Positions 48,158 to 61,641 of a stretch of 63,163 bases of DNA are shown piece by piece; the stretch's first letter is position 1, and each line of letters opens with the position of its first letter. The notes under the pieces were generated by a model. It was not told the origin of the DNA and did no database searches. It worked only from the letters and a program-made list of their open reading frames with translations. The stretch is taken from positions 1 through 63,163 of the forward strand of contig JAGWGI010000004.1 in the NCBI GenBank assembly GCA_028867435.1, given 5' to 3'. The position numbers and the translations under genes are program-made. The DNA comes from Candidatus Micrarchaeota archaeon (GTDB lineage: Archaea > Micrarchaeota > Micrarchaeia > Micrarchaeales > CABMGC01).

Positions 48158-48433
48158 ATGCTAGAGGATAGAATTAAACTCAAGGCAGGATACTATGATC
48201 TGGGTCTGCATCAATTCCAAAAACTGGTTCTTGAAGAGGGAACCGAACTAAACATAGCCATAGTAAACGACTACAAACTAGGCGCCGAAGCTTGCATGAT
48301 AATATTCCTAGGAGAAAAAATGGATATCACACAAACGCTTAATATACTCCTAAGCTTGCGGGGCGACGTCGAACTCCTAGAGGCCACAAAATCTTCTGCC
48401 AATAAGATTGCAAATATGGCAATGGGTAGGTAA
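48158..48433 (+). CDS. Hypothetical protein or gene fragment
   Basis: 3' part of ORF 47726-48433 from ATG at 48158; AT-rich; converges on tRNA-Ala. Confidence 0.4.
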   Translation: MLEDRIKLKAGYYDLGLHQFQKLVLEEGTELNIAIVNDYKLGAEACMIIFLGEKMDITQTLNILLSLRGDVELLEATKSSANKIANMAMGR

Positions 48434-48473
48434 ACCCATAATTTTAGTAGACTCGTGAAGGATTAATTGTGAA

Positions 48474-48545
48474 TGGACTCCGCGGGATTCGAACCCGCAA
48501 CCTCCTGCATGCCATGCAGGCGCGCTACCGTTGCGCTAGGAGCCC
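48474..48545 (-). tRNA. tRNA-Ala(GGC)
   Basis: GGGCTCC/GGAGTCC acceptor with G3:U70, CCTGC-AT GGC AT-GCAGG anticodon arm, GGTTCGAATCC. Confidence 0.96.
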
Positions 48546-48577
48546 AACTATGCTAATTTATTCTCAATGTTTTTATA

Positions 48578-49237
48578 TCAGACACTCAGAACTCCATACC
48601 TGTCGATGTATCCCTTCACGCTTTTGTTATTTATCTGCCCCGGCCTTATTGAGGCGTTGCCAAAGATCCACTCTTCTATCTTGAATGCGTCGCCTTTCAT
48701 CTTTGCATAGTCCTTATCGCTTATCCTGTGCCTCTCTTTGAGATCATCGAGCCTGTGCCCCAGCCCGGTAACCCCCATCGGCCAGACCCTCAGGTCGGAG
48801 TAAAAGCAGATCTTGAGCTCCACGTCACCGCTTGCGAGCACATCGAATTCAAGGTCGCTCATTTCTCCAAGTATGCGCATCAGCCTGCGGCTTACTCCAA
48901 GTTCCCCGGCCATCAGTATAGTGGCCCTGTGGTCGTCTGTTCCGTAGCGGGAAACCGCACTCTTCTTAACCTGCTTCCACTGCTTGATCCTTTTCCGATC
49001 CCCTCCAAGCATCTTCTTTCCAAGACTAGAGTCGAAGTCGACAACCACTATGTTGCCAAGGTCATGGAGTAGCAGCGTTGCGACTACATCCCCCTTGTTT
49101 ATGCCCTTGCCTTTCCAACTATCACAAATCTGCTCCCCGACCGCAGCTACCCTAAGCATATGCAACCTAAGGTTCGGCAGCGTGCTGAAATTGTCATAAA
49201 TAGATTGTATGGAGCTTATTACTTCCAAGCTCTCCAT
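48578..49237 (-). CDS. HD-domain protein
   Basis: HMLRVA...LLHDLGN...H...YSDLR. Confidence 0.8.
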   Translation of the reverse strand: MESLEVISSIQSIYDNFSTLPNLRLHMLRVAAVGEQICDSWKGKGINKGDVVATLLLHDLGNIVVVDFDSSLGKKMLGGDRKRIKQWKQVKKSAVSRYGTDDHRATILMAGELGVSRRLMRILGEMSDLEFDVLASGDVELKICFYSDLRVWPMGVTGLGHRLDDLKERHRISDKDYAKMKGDAFKIEEWIFGNASIRPGQINNKSVKGYIDRYGVLSV

Positions 49238-49244
49238 ACCACCA

Positions 49245-49466
49245 CTATACTGGTGATACGAAAAGTATGTTACCTCCGCGTAGCAGTATCGTACCGAGCT
49301 TGGCCTTCAGGTTGCCACCCTCAAGCTCCTCAGCGTTGTCTAGCACTATGTTCATGTGTATGTCAAAAGCCGTGACCTTTCCCCGTATGTCGGTCCCGTT
49401 CTTCAACCTGATCAGTACCTGCTGCCCTATAGCCTTGTTCAGAAGATCGAATGGTCTTTCTTGCAT
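49245..49466 (-). CDS. Archaeal Sm-like protein (SmAP1/Lsm)
   Basis: RPFDLL..GKVTAFDIHMNIVL..LLRGGNI. Confidence 0.95.
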   Translation of the reverse strand: MQERPFDLLNKAIGQQVLIRLKNGTDIRGKVTAFDIHMNIVLDNAEELEGGNLKAKLGTILLRGGNILFVSPV

Positions 49467-49523
49467 TGCTTCACCAAATAAAATAAAAGCATAAGTAGTT
49501 AGGAAAGCAGCTTATTATAACCT

Positions 49524-53130
<3,607 letters not shown>

Positions 53131-53134
53131 AGAA

Positions 53135-54964
53135 TCACTCCTTGAGTTTCAACCTCGGGAAGATGTGCATTGACTTTATCTCATCTAACAGCAGCTTGAA
53201 TGCGTAGCTTATCTCAACTTCGGACAACGAGTTTCCCCCGCAAATCGGGCAGACCACGCTTCTCTTTATGTAGTCATAGTAGCCGATGTTGCCGCAGTCC
53301 TTGCAGATTAGCACCGACGCCTTGTCGCTCTGGTCGAGCAGCCTCTCCTTTAAGAGAAGGCTCGCTCCGTAGCCCACGAGCACGTCTCGTTCCATCTCTC
53401 CGAATCGCAGACCCCCCTGCCTGGCCTTTCCTTCAGTCGGCTGGTGGGTAAGTATCTGCACAGGCCCCCTGCTTCTTACCTGCAGCTTGTTTGAGACCAT
53501 GTGGTAGAGCCTGTTGTAATATACTATCCCGTTGAATATCTTGGCGGTGAACCTCCTCCCTGTTATCCCGTCGTAGAGGACCTCGTCCCCGAACTTGTCG
53601 AATCCGTTCTCCTCAAGCGTCTTTCCATAATCTGAAATCCTGTCCGACCCCTTTTCTGCGAACGCAGTGCCGTCGATGGCATTTCCTGAAACCGCGCCTG
53701 CCTTGCCTGCAAGCTCCTCAAGCAGATGCCCGAACGTGAGTCTGTTAGGAACCGAGTGCGGGTTGAGCAGAAGGTCTGGAACTATTCCCTGCTCGTTGAA
53801 AGGCATGTCCTCCTGCGGAACTATGTATGCAGCGACTCCCTTCTGTCCCTGCCTGCTTGCAAACTTGTCCCCCTTCTCCGGGATCCTAAGGCTCTTGATC
53901 CTGACCTTGACAACCTTTGTCGCTCCTGTAGACTCGGTGAATACCACGCTGTCGATCACTCCCTTCTCTCCAGCCTTTAGCGTGGTGGAATCATCTCGTA
54001 TCTTCTCTTCCAGCCCGCTTGCGCTGATGCTCTCCTCAAGGAACCTTGGCGGTGCCACCTTCCCTATGAGCACATCCCCCTCGTTTACTATTGTCTCTGG
54101 CTCTATTATGCCGTCCTCGCTGAGCTTTGAATAAGCATGCTCCCCTAGATATCCCTCTGCGGTTGGGGAAGGGACCTTGAAGACGTCCTTTTGTCCTCCG
54201 GGGTACCTTCTCTCCTCGTCAGTGTAGGTCTTGTAGAACATGCTCCTACCAAGACCCCTGTCCACTGCGCCCTTGTTTAGCACTATCGCGTCTGCCATGT
54301 TGTATCCGTAGTAGGTGGTCAGCGCGACCACGAAGTTCTGCCCGCTCGGGTGCCTTTGCATGTTGGCAGACCTGAAGACTGCGGTTGAAACTATCGGCGC
54401 CTGCGGGTAGAACAGGAGATAGGACCTCGAATCGAACCTAAAGTTGAAGTTTGTGGCGTAGAGTCCCTGGCTCTGCTTTATGAAATTGGAGAGCATCGCG
54501 TGCCTTGCAGCGTTGTTGTGCTCAGGGAAGGGCGAGACGTTTAGCGTGAAGCCAAATAGCGAGGTCATGTCAACCTCAATGTGGGTCGTCTGCTCAGTTA
54601 TGCCCTTCTCGCTAAACACCACCAGCGTGTTCTCCTCCTCCTCAGCATCGAGGTACTCGATTATCCCATGCCTTATCAGGTAGCCAAAGTCAATCTCCTT
54701 GTTCTTTAGCTTCTCACGCAGTTCAGCTGTGAGCTTGGACTTGCCGCCCTCAACCACTATGTACGGCTTTCTTATCCTGCCGTTGTCTGTGTTGATGTGG
54801 ACCGCATTGAGCTTCTTTATGTATGCGACGTTCACCTCGCCTGAAAGTATGCCGCTGCGCCTTGCTGTGCGTATCTCCTTGGCGTATGCGCTGCCGTCCT
54901 TTACATATCCTAGTATCCTGCCGTTTATGTAAATGTAGCATTTCTCATTGATCTGTTTTGCCAT
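53135..54964 (-). CDS. rpoB1: RNA polymerase subunit B' (Rpo2C)
   Basis: GDKFASRQGQKG, LYHMV, GGLRFGEMERD, C-terminal zinc finger. Confidence 0.98.
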   Translation of the reverse strand: MAKQINEKCYIYINGRILGYVKDGSAYAKEIRTARRSGILSGEVNVAYIKKLNAVHINTDNGRIRKPYIVVEGGKSKLTAELREKLKNKEIDFGYLIRHGIIEYLDAEEEENTLVVFSEKGITEQTTHIEVDMTSLFGFTLNVSPFPEHNNAARHAMLSNFIKQSQGLYATNFNFRFDSRSYLLFYPQAPIVSTAVFRSANMQRHPSGQNFVVALTTYYGYNMADAIVLNKGAVDRGLGRSMFYKTYTDEERRYPGGQKDVFKVPSPTAEGYLGEHAYSKLSEDGIIEPETIVNEGDVLIGKVAPPRFLEESISASGLEEKIRDDSTTLKAGEKGVIDSVVFTESTGATKVVKVRIKSLRIPEKGDKFASRQGQKGVAAYIVPQEDMPFNEQGIVPDLLLNPHSVPNRLTFGHLLEELAGKAGAVSGNAIDGTAFAEKGSDRISDYGKTLEENGFDKFGDEVLYDGITGRRFTAKIFNGIVYYNRLYHMVSNKLQVRSRGPVQILTHQPTEGKARQGGLRFGEMERDVLVGYGASLLLKERLLDQSDKASVLICKDCGNIGYYDYIKRSVVCPICGGNSLSEVEISYAFKLLLDEIKSMHIFPRLKLKE

Positions 54965-54972
54965 AAAAATCC

Positions 54973-56445
54973 CTATATCTGCTCAATCTTGCCCATGTCC
55001 TTGAGCTTCTGCTCAGTCAGCCTCTCGTCCGCCCCGACAGTCACCTTTGCCATTACTGCAAGGTACTTGGTGAGCCCTACCTCTTGTCCTTCTGGGGTTT
55101 CTGAAGGGCAGATTTTTCCCCACTGGGTTCCATGCACATCCCTTGCGCGGAAGTGCGGGTGCTTCTTTGCCAGAGGAGACTTTATCCTGCGTAGGTGTGT
55201 GTAAGTGCTTATCAGGTTTGTCCTGTCCAAAACCTGCGAGACTCCTGTCTGCCCTGCAACCCATGTGCCTGTGCCCATTGCATAGTTGATCTTCTCTGTA
55301 AGCGTGTCTGGGCTGATTATCGTCTGTATCGTCATCTTCCTGCCCCTCGCGCTTGTCCTCTCTATCTGGTACTTGACGTCCTTGACGAAGAACCTGAATG
55401 CGTATGCGAAGAGCTCCTCCATGAGCTCGCCTGCGAACTTGACCCTCTTGTTGGCGTAGTGGTCCTTGTCGTCCTGTTTCACAGACCTGCTGGCTACCAG
55501 CGAGGCTTTCTTCGCCATCTCTATTAGGTATCTGGCCTTTTCCTTCCTGGCTGCAGGGTCTGTGCCCAGGTGCGGCAGGAGGTATGTGTCTATCTGCGTC
55601 TCTGCACGCTTCTGCTGGTACTCCTTTGCCTGGCCTGGAGCAGCAAGCTTTCCTATCTCTAGTATCGCCTCTGTAGGTCCCATGTCCGAGGCTTCGTTGA
55701 CCTCTATATTAAGTATCATGTCGTTCTTGACGATTTGGATATCCGAAACTATCTCCATCATCTCCTTTGGCTGCAATCCCAAGGCCCTGAGCATCAGTAT
55801 GTAGTTTATTGCCTTGGTGGCTGTCGGGAAATTCACGCTTAGGTTTCCGTGCTGATCCCTTGTTACCACGCACCTTGCCCTAAATCCCGCCGCAGTGGAG
55901 AAAACCTTGCTGACTGTCTCTGCCCCGCTTTTCTCCTTTGTGGTCATTATCCTGTTTGGTGCAAGGTCTTCGAGCCCTATAAGCACCCTTTCTGTGCCCT
56001 TTATCACAAAGTATCCTCCCGGGTCGTCGGGATCCTCACGGTTTTCCTGGAGCTGGGAGCGTGTCATGGTCTTTACATGACAGATGCTACTCCTGAGCAT
56101 TATCGGAAGCTCCCCAACAAAGACCTCTCCATAGGAAGCCGGTTTTTCAATTCCCCTGACCACTGGAACGAATTCAAGAAACATGGGGGCAGCATAGGTG
56201 AGATTCCTGAGCCTTGCCTCGTTCGGGAAGACGTTTCTTCTCGAGCTGTCCGCTTCGATTATTGAAGGCTTGTCGAGCCTTATCTTGCCAAGCTTGAGGG
56301 AGAATCCCTCCACATTGGGTTCTATTGAACCCTGTTTGTCCACAATCTTTTGCAGCCCGAAATCAAGGAACCTGTTGAAGCTCTCGATCTGGTGCTGCAT
56401 CAATGATGTAGAAGTAATGTATGACTCGATAAGTTCGTTGCCCAT
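54973..56445 (-). CDS. rpoB2: RNA polymerase subunit B'' (Rpo2N)
   Basis: PNEARLRNLTY, DPGGYF, DDKDHY.NKR, ICPSETPEG. Confidence 0.97.
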   Translation of the reverse strand: MGNELIESYITSTSLMQHQIESFNRFLDFGLQKIVDKQGSIEPNVEGFSLKLGKIRLDKPSIIEADSSRRNVFPNEARLRNLTYAAPMFLEFVPVVRGIEKPASYGEVFVGELPIMLRSSICHVKTMTRSQLQENREDPDDPGGYFVIKGTERVLIGLEDLAPNRIMTTKEKSGAETVSKVFSTAAGFRARCVVTRDQHGNLSVNFPTATKAINYILMLRALGLQPKEMMEIVSDIQIVKNDMILNIEVNEASDMGPTEAILEIGKLAAPGQAKEYQQKRAETQIDTYLLPHLGTDPAARKEKARYLIEMAKKASLVASRSVKQDDKDHYANKRVKFAGELMEELFAYAFRFFVKDVKYQIERTSARGRKMTIQTIISPDTLTEKINYAMGTGTWVAGQTGVSQVLDRTNLISTYTHLRRIKSPLAKKHPHFRARDVHGTQWGKICPSETPEGQEVGLTKYLAVMAKVTVGADERLTEQKLKDMGKIEQI

Positions 56446-56461
56446 ACTTAACACCGGATGT

Positions 56462-56743
56462 TTAACCCTGAATCACAATCCTGTAGTAGAGGTATCCGCC
56501 TGAGGGGTCCTCCCTGTATATCTTTACAATCTGCCCTGGTTTCGCTTTGCCTGCAAGAGCCGGGTCGCCATCAAAAATCCTGGGCAGTTTTTCAGCCGTG
56601 GTATGTAACTCCTCGAGCACTTTTCTAGCTTCCGCATCGCTGAGTACCTCATGTTTGGGCACCATCAGATTTTCATAAGATGTTATAGAACGGTCTTTCT
56701 CTCCCGCCAAGAATTCACCTAAAACCAGCACTACCTCTAACAA
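56462..56743 (-). CDS. rpoH: RNA polymerase subunit H (Rpo5)
   Basis: VPKHEVLS..KLPRI..DPA..GQIVKI.R..YYRIV; true start probably downstream of 56743. Confidence 0.92.
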   Translation of the reverse strand: MLEVVLVLGEFLAGEKDRSITSYENLMVPKHEVLSDAEARKVLEELHTTAEKLPRIFDGDPALAGKAKPGQIVKIYREDPSGGYLYYRIVIQG

Positions 56744-56954
56744 AGGTATATCCGATAAGCTATTTATATATCAAAAAGTTTATATACGTTCACTCAAAGC
56801 CCCACACCATTACTACAAAGTTCCTGCAATGCCAATCCAAAAACTTGTAAAAGATACCAAAAAGATGCCCGCAATTTTCATGGCAAGGGCATAAAATTTC
56901 CGAAAGAGATAAAAGCCCCCCTACCCACAAGTTAGATTGTTTCTGGCTGGTTTG

Positions 56955-57725
56955 ATGAACAGATCTGTGATAGTCTACATTTCGATACTCGTGATTCTTG
57001 CAATCTTCGCGTTCTTCACATATTCCCAGGCCACGCAAGGTGGAGGGCTGCTGGGCGGGCCAAAGTCCTCGACCTCCACATCTACGGCACCGAGCACGCA
57101 GACAACCACAATACTTGTGGGCAGCAATTCATCAACCACCACAATACCGCCACAGGGCAGCTGCCTTTCAAGCGCAAGCACGGCGCAGATACTAAACGGC
57201 AACTTCTCAACAGGAACTTTCCTGGGATGGAACCAGACTGGAGGGGGCTTCGGCACAGGACCCACGAACCTGACGTATGCAAATGAGAATCATGGATATT
57301 ACAACCACACCTGGACAAATTACAATGGCGGCTTCTTTGCCAGCACATACCACGGTGGTCTTGGCGTGCAGCCAGGCAACCTCACATCAGATTCATTCCA
57401 AGTCACAGAGCCGTACCTGAACTTCAAGATAATTTCTGCAGCCAACTCCGGCCTGTATGTCCAGGTGCTACAAGGCAACCAGACCGTGGCCGCAACCCAT
57501 TACAATACATATATACAGGGCAATCCCTACCCGAGCAGCCAGTTCCTAAACGCGAGCATCCCACTTTCTACAGTGCTCTGCGATAAGGTGAGGATAAGGG
57601 TGGTGGCAAACGTGGTCGGCAACATACAGGTCAGAAACCAGTACATTGCAGTCGGTGACTTCTACCTTGGCAAGTCTCCCTCTCCCAACGCCAACCTGAT
57701 AATCGTCAACCAGACTGTAGGATAG
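56955..57725 (+). CDS. Membrane-anchored secreted protein with Thr/Ser linker
   Basis: N-terminal TM, STSTSTAPSTQTTT linker, NGNFSTG..GW carbohydrate-binding-like start. Confidence 0.75.
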   Translation: MNRSVIVYISILVILAIFAFFTYSQATQGGGLLGGPKSSTSTSTAPSTQTTTILVGSNSSTTTIPPQGSCLSSASTAQILNGNFSTGTFLGWNQTGGGFGTGPTNLTYANENHGYYNHTWTNYNGGFFASTYHGGLGVQPGNLTSDSFQVTEPYLNFKIISAANSGLYVQVLQGNQTVAATHYNTYIQGNPYPSSQFLNASIPLSTVLCDKVRIRVVANVVGNIQVRNQYIAVGDFYLGKSPSPNANLIIVNQTVG

Positions 57726-59183
57726 GTGCTGCACTTGCTCACTTTATACAACACCCTTGCGCATAAAAAGCAGAAATTCAATCCAATCAGCGGCAAGCAG
57801 GTCAACATGTACTCCTGCGGTCCCACTGTGTACAGCGTGGCCCACATAGGAAATTTCAGGGCTTATCTTGCCCAGGACATCCTCAAAAGGGCTCTTCTTC
57901 ACGAAGGCTACATAATAAAGCATGTGATGAATATAACAGACGTGGGGCACCTAGTCGGCGATGCTAACCTCGGCGAGGACAAGATAAAGCTCGCAGCAGA
58001 AAAAGAGCACAAGACCGCAAGAGACGTGGCGAATTTCTACACAAAGATATTCCTTAAAGACATGAAGCTATTTTGTATAATCGAGCCAGAGAGAATGCCA
58101 AAGGCGACAGACCACATACCAGAAATGCTTGCGCTTATCCAGTCTCTTGATGACAAGCAGTACCTATACACGGCCGAGACCGGAATATATTTCGATACCT
58201 CGCGGCTAAAGGACTACGGCAAGCTCTCCAAGATGACTTTTGCAAAGCTGAGCAGGTACCTGAAGGCCGGGGTCAGGGTCGAGCGCGCTTCAGGGCTTAA
58301 GAACATAACGGACTTTGCGGTCTGGCGTTTTAGGAAGAGGGAATCCGAGAGCGACATGATCTGGGACTCGCAGTGGGGGCAGGGGTTCCCAGGCTGGCAC
58401 ATAGAATGCAGCGCAATGAGCCTGAAATACCTTGGCAACACTTTCGACATACACTGCGGCGGCATAGACCATATACCGATACACCACACCAACGAGATCG
58501 CGCAGTCCGAGGCCGTTACAGGGCAGCAGTTCGTGAACTACTGGTTCCACAACAACTTCCTGACTGTGGATGGCATGAAGATGGCAAAGTCTTTGCGCAA
58601 CATATACTCCCTTGGCGATCTGATGGAAAAGGGCTTCAAGCCTGCCGATGTCAGGTACATGCTAATCTCTGGGCACTACCGCAAGAAGCTCAATTTCACC
58701 ATTGAGGCGTTGGAAAACGTCTCGAATACAGTCAGGGGAATCTACTTGTTCATGCAGAGGCTAAAGGAGATCAAAGGCAAGGGAGACGGTACAAGGGAAT
58801 TTGCAAAGAAAGTTTCTGCTGCACAAAAGGGATTTTTCAGGGCCATAAACAACGACCTCAACGTTCCTGCTGCACTCTCTTACATGCACCTGCTGGTAAG
58901 CGAGGCGAACAAGAGATCTTATGTAGGTTCGCTTGGCGCAAAGGATGCAAAGCTTGTGGCTAAGGTGATGCTCGATTTCGACAGCATCCTCGGCCTTGGG
59001 CTGGAAGAGCACTACCTAAATGCCCAAAAGAAGATCCCCCCTGAAGCAATGCGTCTTATTGACGAGAGGGAGGCAGCGCGCAGGTCCAAAGAATTCAAGC
59101 ACGCAGATTCCATAAGGGCTGAGCTAAAAGAGAAGTTCGGAATAACGATAGAGGATACAAAGGATGGTGTAAAATGGCACTGA
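57726..59183 (+). CDS. cysS: Cysteine--tRNA ligase
   Basis: YSCGPTVY..HIGN, PGWHIECSAM, HHTNE, KMAKS. Confidence 0.97.
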   Translation: MLHLLTLYNTLAHKKQKFNPISGKQVNMYSCGPTVYSVAHIGNFRAYLAQDILKRALLHEGYIIKHVMNITDVGHLVGDANLGEDKIKLAAEKEHKTARDVANFYTKIFLKDMKLFCIIEPERMPKATDHIPEMLALIQSLDDKQYLYTAETGIYFDTSRLKDYGKLSKMTFAKLSRYLKAGVRVERASGLKNITDFAVWRFRKRESESDMIWDSQWGQGFPGWHIECSAMSLKYLGNTFDIHCGGIDHIPIHHTNEIAQSEAVTGQQFVNYWFHNNFLTVDGMKMAKSLRNIYSLGDLMEKGFKPADVRYMLISGHYRKKLNFTIEALENVSNTVRGIYLFMQRLKEIKGKGDGTREFAKKVSAAQKGFFRAINNDLNVPAALSYMHLLVSEANKRSYVGSLGAKDAKLVAKVMLDFDSILGLGLEEHYLNAQKKIPPEAMRLIDEREAARRSKEFKHADSIRAELKEKFGITIEDTKDGVKWH

Positions 59184-59749
59184 GAAAGCCCGCCGGCAAG
59201 ATTCCAAGGAACGCAAAACTTGCTTACAACGGGCTGATATTCAAAGTCTACCAGTGGAAACAAAAGCAGTTCGACGGCTCATACCGGAAGTGGGAGGCCA
59301 TAAAACGCCCCGATACAGCGCTGGTGATTCCGGAGTATAGAGGAAAAATTGCCCTGGGCATACAGTCAGAGCCCAGGGCCAAGAGCAGCATAAATCTTCT
59401 GGGCGGAAGGGTTGAGGAGGGTGAGTCGGCACTCTCGGCAGCAAAGCGGGAGCTCCTTGAGGAATCCGGGCTTTCAAGCAGTGATTTCAAGCTGCTCGCG
59501 GTTCTGGAACCCAGCGCCAAGATAGAGCACAAGGTGTACATATTCGCCGCGAGGAATTGCAGAAAAACCTCTGGACAAAAGCTCGATGCGGGCGAGAGGA
59601 TCTCGCTGATTTACGTGGATTTTCCGAGATTTCTCAGGTTTGCCAAGAATTTTAGTCCGCTCGAAGCCTATTATTTCTACAAGATGATGGAATCAAAAAA
59701 GGGCCTGCGGATGCTAGAGGGCAGTATCCTGGGTCTCCCATCGCTATAG
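59174..59749 (+). CDS. NUDIX hydrolase (ADP-ribose pyrophosphatase-like)
   Basis: GGRVEEGESALSAAKRELLEESGL Nudix box. Confidence 0.9.
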   Translation: MALRKPAGKIPRNAKLAYNGLIFKVYQWKQKQFDGSYRKWEAIKRPDTALVIPEYRGKIALGIQSEPRAKSSINLLGGRVEEGESALSAAKRELLEESGLSSSDFKLLAVLEPSAKIEHKVYIFAARNCRKTSGQKLDAGERISLIYVDFPRFLRFAKNFSPLEAYYFYKMMESKKGLRMLEGSILGLPSL

Positions 59750-59754
59750 CAAAG

Positions 59755-60273
59755 TCATGCTGCTACATTCTCGCCTTCCATCTTCTTTTCCTCCTGCGAT
59801 ATTATAGGCTCTTTTGGGATCTGCTCTGCCTGCGCAAGCTGCGAAGCCTGTCTGCCTCCGCGCTTCTGCTGTTTTTGCATCTTCGCGTTAGCAAAAAGTA
59901 TCTCTACCTTGTCCTCGCTGGCTGCATCTATCCAGCTCTTTATGTACACCGAGACGTTCCTAAGTGGCTTGGAGTACCTGTCAGTGAAAGAGTAGGCGCT
60001 GGATTCATGCTTGAGTATCCCGACGTTCACTCCGAAATCAAGATATCTCTTCCATGTTGCAAGGGGAAGATCCTTTGCGCAGTCCTTGAGCCTGAGGCTG
60101 CCGCGCTTCTTGACCTCAGAGAGCGCCCTGGCAAACCTGTACGCTTTGGTCTCATTTTCAAAATATATCTTGGCGACTTCCTTGACGTTCGGGTTCTTGA
60201 GCTTCTCCCTAAGCGGCGCATCCTCGTATTCCCAGTACTTTATGCCCAACCAATCGCCTACTATATGGCGCAT
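59755..60273 (-). CDS. Hypothetical protein, possible winged helix
   Basis: 172-aa ORF co-oriented with the GTPase gene. Confidence 0.65.
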   Translation of the reverse strand: MRHIVGDWLGIKYWEYEDAPLREKLKNPNVKEVAKIYFENETKAYRFARALSEVKKRGSLRLKDCAKDLPLATWKRYLDFGVNVGILKHESSAYSFTDRYSKPLRNVSVYIKSWIDAASEDKVEILFANAKMQKQQKRGGRQASQLAQAEQIPKEPIISQEEKKMEGENVAA

Positions 60274-60282
60274 TATAACTTC

Positions 60283-61392
60283 TTAATTGTTTTGATGAAC
60301 CATCGTGAGTATATCCTCATCGGCAAGTACGTGCTCCTTGCCCACCTTCTGCCCTCGAAACTTCACGCTCTTACCTGTGACGTAAGCGTACTTCAGGCTT
60401 TTCACAAGGTCTGAATGGAGCTTCTTTGCCACTTCCACAACAGTGCTGCCCTCCCTCACTATTAGCGGCCTAGAGTAGTCAGGATCCTTGTCCTTTGGCT
60501 TGAGGTATATCCTGCTCAGGTGCAGAGCCTTGAATATTCCGGACTTCAGCTCCTCGATGTTGAGCTTCTTGAGCGCGCTTATCGGTATCACCTGCATTCC
60601 AGTCACGCCCTCTATCTCGGCCTTCACCTGCATATAGCTCCCATTAACATCGATTTTGTTGAGCGCAACTAGCGCGTCTATGTAAGCGTCGTTCTCCGCA
60701 AGACAGTCTATCAGTTCGTCCTCGCTTGAATCGCTCAAGAAATGCACCAGGCAGTTGTATACTCCGAACTCGTTGAGCACCTTAGCAACGCTCTGCTTGT
60801 CTGGCACCTTGTGCCCTGGGTTCTCTACAACTATCCCTCCGGAATTCTTCCTCTCGACCCTTATCTCGGGGCGCCTTCTACCAGCATGTATGCCAAGGTC
60901 GTTTAGTTCCTTGATTAAGGTGTAGAGATTTTGCGGGTTTCCAGAGTCTATTACAAAGACAAGCAGGTCTGCCACGCGTATTGTGCTCGCAATCTGCGCT
61001 CCTCCTCCCTTGCCCATATGCGCTCCCTCTATCAGTCCAGGGAGGTCGAATATCTGTATGCTGGCACCATTGTACCTTAGCATCCCCGGTATCGCATCGA
61101 GCGTGGTGAAAGCGTAGTCCGCCACCTTGGAATCTACGCTTGTGAGCAGTTTCTGCAGCGATGATTTGCCTGCATTCGGAAAGCCGACCAGAGTCACCGT
61201 GGCATCCCCCGTCTTCTTAACTGCAAAGCCCCTACCTTTCTTGCTCTTCCTCTCAACCATTTTTTTCTTGGTGCTAGCTATCTTCGCGCGCAGAATTCCC
61301 AGGTGCACATTAGTTGCCTTGTTGTGCTTTGTCTTTGAGTACTCTTTCTGCAGTTCCTCTAGCTTCTTTTGAAGCACCTCTTTTTCCGTCAT
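60283..61392 (-). CDS. drg: DRG/Obg-family GTPase with TGS domain
   Basis: KTK.NKAT..H.G.L.AK, GFPNAGKSS, YAFTTL, DLPGLIEGA, NKID. Confidence 0.93.
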   Translation of the reverse strand: MTEKEVLQKKLEELQKEYSKTKHNKATNVHLGILRAKIASTKKKMVERKSKKGRGFAVKKTGDATVTLVGFPNAGKSSLQKLLTSVDSKVADYAFTTLDAIPGMLRYNGASIQIFDLPGLIEGAHMGKGGGAQIASTIRVADLLVFVIDSGNPQNLYTLIKELNDLGIHAGRRRPEIRVERKNSGGIVVENPGHKVPDKQSVAKVLNEFGVYNCLVHFLSDSSEDELIDCLAENDAYIDALVALNKIDVNGSYMQVKAEIEGVTGMQVIPISALKKLNIEELKSGIFKALHLSRIYLKPKDKDPDYSRPLIVREGSTVVEVAKKLHSDLVKSLKYAYVTGKSVKFRGQKVGKEHVLADEDILTMVHQNN

Positions 61393-61512
61393 AAAAATCA
61401 TTTGCGGCAATAATAGGCTGAATAAGATTATTTATGTGCCTGCATGTTTATTTCCACTCGCTCTAAATACTTTTCTACAGCATATTTTTAAATGTTCACA
61501 AAAGGGAATAAA

Positions 61513-61593
61513 ATGGCTATGAAAAAAAGAGCGAAGAAGACCTCCCGAAAAGGAAGTAAGGGTGGGGCTAAGCGCAAGAAAGCGAGAAGGTAA
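61513..61593 (+). CDS. 26-aa highly basic microprotein
   Basis: MAMKKRAKKTSRKGSKGGAKRKKARR*; AT-rich promoter-like region upstream and oligo-T tract directly downstream. Confidence 0.6.
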   Translation: MAMKKRAKKTSRKGSKGGAKRKKARR

Positions 61594-61641
61594 AAAGGAA
61601 TTTGTTTTTGTTTTTTTCCTTTTTCCCTCTATTTTTACATT

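Noticed and set aside
48469-48684. 71-aa ORF on the + strand
   Set aside because: Antisense to tRNA-Ala and overlapping the HD gene
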